A stretch of 64,000 nucleotides of DNA, taken from positions 23,006 through 87,005 of the forward strand of contig CAYPAV010000016.1 of assembly GCA_964408805.1 (NCBI GenBank), in the 5' to 3' direction. The notes under the pieces are model-generated. The model saw only the letters and a program-made list of their open reading frames with translations, had not been told where the DNA came from and did no database searches. Positions 60,608 through 64,000 of this stretch are shown here, in pieces; within the stretch, counting starts at the first letter, position 1; each line of letters starts with the position of its first letter. The DNA is from an uncultured Rhodospirillaceae bacterium (GTDB lineage Bacteria > Pseudomonadota > Alphaproteobacteria > UBA8366). The position numbers were made by a program, and so were the translations under genes.

Positions 60608-62023
60608 CTAACCCGCGCAGCATGAGAGCTTGGTCACGTCCTTGTCGAATGTCTGCGCGGCCAGCTTCAGCCCCTCCACCGTCGTCAGGTAGGGAAAGAT
60701 CGTTTCCGCGAGATCGGTCACGGTCAGTCCCTGCTTGATGGCGAGGACTGCGGTCTGGATCGTGTCGGCCCCCTCGGGTGCGGCGATATGCGCACCAAGA
60801 AGTTTGTCCGTCGCCCGGTCGGCGACAAGCTTGATCACCCCCCGTGTATCGCGCGCGGCCAAGGCCCGAGGTAACTGGTTCAGCGGGAAGATGGACGTCT
60901 TGGCGTCGAACCCGCGCGCCACCGCAGCCGATTCAGTCAAGCCGACGCTCGCCACCTGCGGATCCGTAAAGACGACACCAGGCACGGCGCTGTCGTCATA
61001 GGTCCGGCTGTTGCCGTTCATTGCGTTGAAAGCCGCGATCTTGGCGCCATGAGCCGCCATGTAGACGAACTGGTCCTGACCCGTTACATCGCCCGCCGCA
61101 TAGACACCCGGTTTAGTCGTCCGCATTTGGCCGTCGACTTTGATCCCACCATTCCCGATTTGGTCGACACCCACTTCCCTCAAGCCAAGGCCGTCGGTGT
61201 TCGCCATGCGCCCGGCGGCGATCAGCACATGTTCCGCCTCCAGCCGTTTAGAACCATGGATGCCGGTGACGGTAAGGGCCACGCCGTCGCTCGTCCGCTC
61301 GATTTTTTCATACGCCACGCCGCCAAGAACGGTAATGCCTTCGTCCGTCAGGCTGGTTGAAAGCAGCTCGCTGATCTCGGGCTCGCCTTCGGGCAGAAGA
61401 CGGCGACGGCAAAGGATTGTCACCTGGACGCCCGCCCGGGCGAACATCTGGGCAAGCTCGCAGCCAATATACCCGCCCCCCACGACAAGGAGAGAGACTG
61501 GCAATTCGGTCAGATCGAGCGCTTCCGTGCTGGTCAAAAACGGCACGGCATCCATACCCGGTATGTCCGGAACGGTCGGCCGTGACCCGGTCGCAATGAT
61601 GGTTCGGTCGGCCTCGATCGCGGTGCCGTCGATATCAACACCCCGGTCGGTCAGACGGGCGCGTCCCTTGAGATAGGACACACCGCTATATTCCGGCAAC
61701 AGGTCGAGATATTTCGCCTGTCGCAATTCGGTGACCAGACCATCCTTCTGCCGAACCGCCGCTTGCCAATCCTCGACGTGGGACTCCGAATGGATTCCGG
61801 CAAAGCGCGCCGCCGCGGCGGATTGATGGATTGTTTCCACCGCCCGCAACATCGCCTTCGAGGGCACGCAGCCAACATTGACGCAGGTCCCGCCGATCTC
61901 GCCATGACCGATCAGTGCCACCTGCGCGCCTTCCTCGGCAGCCGTGATGGCGGCGGAGAACCCGGCCGATCCCGCACCGACAACGATCAGATCATAATCA
62001 CCGCCCGTTTCCTCGGTGGTCAT
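60608..62023 (-). CDS. merA: Mercuric reductase (core, no N-terminal NmerA domain)
   Basis: GAGSAG, GGTCVNVGCVPSK redox dithiol, FTDPQVA, FPYLT.VEGLKLAAQTF and C-terminal LSCCAG. Confidence 0.96.
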   Translation of the reverse strand: MTTEETGGDYDLIVVGAGSAGFSAAITAAEEGAQVALIGHGEIGGTCVNVGCVPSKAMLRAVETIHQSAAAARFAGIHSESHVEDWQAAVRQKDGLVTELRQAKYLDLLPEYSGVSYLKGRARLTDRGVDIDGTAIEADRTIIATGSRPTVPDIPGMDAVPFLTSTEALDLTELPVSLLVVGGGYIGCELAQMFARAGVQVTILCRRRLLPEGEPEISELLSTSLTDEGITVLGGVAYEKIERTSDGVALTVTGIHGSKRLEAEHVLIAAGRMANTDGLGLREVGVDQIGNGGIKVDGQMRTTKPGVYAAGDVTGQDQFVYMAAHGAKIAAFNAMNGNSRTYDDSAVPGVVFTDPQVASVGLTESAAVARGFDAKTSIFPLNQLPRALAARDTRGVIKLVADRATDKLLGAHIAAPEGADTIQTAVLAIKQGLTVTDLAETIFPYLTTVEGLKLAAQTFDKDVTKLSCCAG

Positions 62024-62250
62024 GGTGTTTCCTTCACCGGATCGTCTGAATTCTTGCGGACGCGATAAAAGCCGTAGGCCACGACGAGGATGGCGATCGC
62101 CATCGCAGGCAGCAGCACGTAGTCGAGCCAGGCGAGCCAGCCCGAAAGACCGATCGCACCCAACACCACGACAAGGAAGGGAGTGAAACAACAGATCGCC
62201 GCGATTCCCCCACCAATGCAGCCGGTCTTCAAAATCGTCTTGTCTTTCAT
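62020..62250 (-). CDS. merF: Mercury transporter MerF
   Basis: 76 aa, CCFTP vicinal Cys, LDYVLLPA, two TM helices; overlaps the merA start. Confidence 0.92.
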   Translation of the reverse strand: MKDKTILKTGCIGGGIAAICCFTPFLVVVLGAIGLSGWLAWLDYVLLPAMAIAILVVAYGFYRVRKNSDDPVKETP

Positions 62251-62334
62251 TCCATGCCTCTCAATCCGCCAACCAACCGAATCGGTCGACGAAGTATCCG
62301 CCAAAAACCGCCGACTGGACCGGCGTCGAATGGC

Positions 62335-62365
62335 AAGTTACAACCTGTAGCAACTACAGGTTCAA
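62335..62365 (-). promoter_or_regulatory. MerR-controlled promoter/operator for merF-merA
   Basis: On the minus strand: TTGAAC (-35), 19-nt spacer, TAACTT (-10). Perfect dyad AACCTGTAG-CAA-CTACAGGTT at 62342-62362. Confidence 0.9.
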
Positions 62366-62392
62366 GTGATCTCAGCAATGCGAGGCCTTCAC

Positions 62393-62812
62393 ATGTCCGC
62401 GATCTCGATTGGAGAACTTTCGAACCGATCCGCCGTGAATATCGAGACCATCCGCTATTACGAGCGGATCAAAGTGATGCCGTCGCCGCCGCGCACGGCC
62501 GGCGGTCACCGTGTTTACGATGACGATCACGCCAAACGTCTCAGCTTCGTCCGCCGAAGCCGCGAGCTTGGGTTTAGCCTGAAAGAGGTTCGACAGATGC
62601 TCCGTCTGGTGGATGGCGGCGAGGTCGACTGCGATCAGGTTCGGGAGATGACCTTGGAACATCTGCTTGATGTCCAGGCGAAGATCGCCGACCTGAAGCG
62701 CATGGAAAAAACCTTGAAGGAAACGGCCGCGCGCTGTGCCGAAAACCAAACACCGGATTGCCCGATTATCGAGGCATTGTTCGATCACGATGGAGTCATC
62801 CCGAGTTTGTGA
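62393..62812 (+). CDS. merR: Hg(II)-responsive MerR family regulator
   Basis: IGELS..S.VNIETIRYYE, RTAGGHR.Y, FVRR.RELGFSL.E; Cys in VDCDQV and C-x7-C (CAENQTPDC). Confidence 0.92.
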   Translation: MSAISIGELSNRSAVNIETIRYYERIKVMPSPPRTAGGHRVYDDDHAKRLSFVRRSRELGFSLKEVRQMLRLVDGGEVDCDQVREMTLEHLLDVQAKIADLKRMEKTLKETAARCAENQTPDCPIIEALFDHDGVIPSL

Positions 62813-62879
62813 TTTTCGCTAGGACGGAAGCCACCGTACGGTACACGGCGAAAAAGTTACGACCGCAGGGAAGACATTC

Positions 62880-63809
62880 GTGAAAAGCGATCAGATTATA
62901 CTTCACCATTACCCCCAATCTCCCGTGACCGAAAAGGTCCGGGTGGTGCTCGGCATGAAGGGTCTGTCGTGGAAATCGGTCATGATTCCGCGCTTGCCGC
63001 CGAAACCGAACCTGATGCCGCTAACCGGGGGCTACCGTCTGACCCCGGTGATGCAGATCGGCGCCGATATCTATTGCGATACTCAATGCATAATTCGCGA
63101 GCTCGAGCGACGGTTTCCCGACCCGACTCTATTCCCAGGCGGCGCCGAAGGCATGGCCTGGGGAATAGGCCAATGGACCGACGGACCCCTGTTCAAGGAC
63201 GTGGTCACCGTGGCATTGGTCGAGATGAGTCCGAATATGCCGCCGGAATTCCTCGCCGATCGCGGTCCGCTCTATTTTGGCGCGGATTTTTCGCTGGAAG
63301 ACATCAAGGCCAGATACGCGGAATGTCTGGCCAATGCCCGCGCCCAATTTGGCTGGATGGATGATCGCCTGAAGTCCCGCGATTTCATGCTTGGGCCGGA
63401 ACCCGGGCTACCGGACGCGCTGGCTTATTATCCGGTCTGGTTCCTGCGCGACCGGATGGCGGACGCGGAAGGCTTTTTTCCGCAATTTCAGAATCTCGTC
63501 GCTTGGGAACGTCGCGTCAAAGCGATCGGCCATGGCCGCCCGGAAGAGATGAGCGATCTAGCAGCTCTTGATTTCGCCAAGGCCGCCGACCCGGAAACGC
63601 CCGAACAGGACGATACCGGCGACCCCTTGGGTCTGGACCTTGGAGACGAGATTACCGTCAAACCGGTCGCCGGTGGCCCCCAAGTCGCCGGGGACCTTCA
63701 CGGCCTGTCCGCCAACCACGTCGCAATCATGCGCGAGGACGAACAGGTCGGGCGGGTCTGCGTCCACTTCCCCCGGGTCGGTTACCGGATCAAGCGAAAA
63801 CAGCGATAG
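62880..63809 (+). CDS. Glutathione S-transferase family protein
   Basis: HHYPQSP.TEKVR..LG.KGL.W, LTGGYR.TPVMQIGADIYCDT and C-terminal RVCVHFPRVGY. Confidence 0.88.
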   Translation: MKSDQIILHHYPQSPVTEKVRVVLGMKGLSWKSVMIPRLPPKPNLMPLTGGYRLTPVMQIGADIYCDTQCIIRELERRFPDPTLFPGGAEGMAWGIGQWTDGPLFKDVVTVALVEMSPNMPPEFLADRGPLYFGADFSLEDIKARYAECLANARAQFGWMDDRLKSRDFMLGPEPGLPDALAYYPVWFLRDRMADAEGFFPQFQNLVAWERRVKAIGHGRPEEMSDLAALDFAKAADPETPEQDDTGDPLGLDLGDEITVKPVAGGPQVAGDLHGLSANHVAIMREDEQVGRVCVHFPRVGYRIKRKQR

Positions 63810-63813
63810 GCGC

Positions 63814-63999
63814 CTATACCAGACGTCTATCGGAATAGGTCGCCTCGTCGGTCTCGTCCGCCTCGCTCTCGCCCATCAACAACAGGGATTCGCGTGCCTT
63901 CGAGTGAAGCCGTCGGAATTCACGCCTCAGGCCCTCCAACGCATTCGTCGCATCGATCTTGTCGGTCGCGTTCCACATATCCCGCATCTCCTTTAACCA
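63814..63999 (-). CDS. 3' end of a CDS that starts beyond the window
   Basis: Open frame WLKEMRDMWNATDKIDATNALEGLRREFRRLHSKARESLLLMGESEADETDEATYSDRRLV* running from the window edge. Confidence 0.5.
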   Translation of the reverse strand, partial: WLKEMRDMWNATDKIDATNALEGLRREFRRLHSKARESLLLMGESEADETDEATYSDRRLV

Positions 64000-64000
64000 G

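Overview
GC-rich alphaproteobacterial chromosome segment, probably Rhodospirillales-like (inferred from gene order and protein sequences, not from a search). It contains: (i) a conserved core block NYN/UDG <- -> rpoZ-spoT-pdxJ-acpS-lepB-rnc-era-recO, then znuA/zur-znuC-znuB and parC; (ii) many catabolic or orphan enzymes (AKR, 2-hydroxyacid DH, MBL hydrolase, TauD, two related VOC proteins, three SDRs lacking YxxxK, a MetE C-terminal-like Zn enzyme, two flavin monooxygenases, two LLMs, two amidohydrolases, CoA-transferase, PuuE-like deacetylase, MmgE/PrpD, TPP enzyme, acyl-CoA ligase); (iii) a partial cobalamin cluster (cobD, cobB, cobA, cbiD, cobK); (iv) a minimal merR/merF-merA cassette with a 19-bp-spacer MerR promoter. 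The strongest accessory signals are: a ~2.2 kb lower-GC two-gene island (33.85-36.06 kb) encoding a putative HEPN-type RNase (RNKLIH) and a beta-solenoid plus multi-TM membrane protein, bracketed by an 8-bp direct repeat; a twice-inactivated RAYT/Y1 transposase bounded by 16-bp inverted repeats next to a gene remnant; an uncalled 51-aa C-x4-H...CxxC micro-protein; and a signal-less SsuA/THI5-fold protein inside a catabolic run. No rRNA, tRNA or CRISPR array was seen. All product calls come from motif recognition only; no database searches were run.
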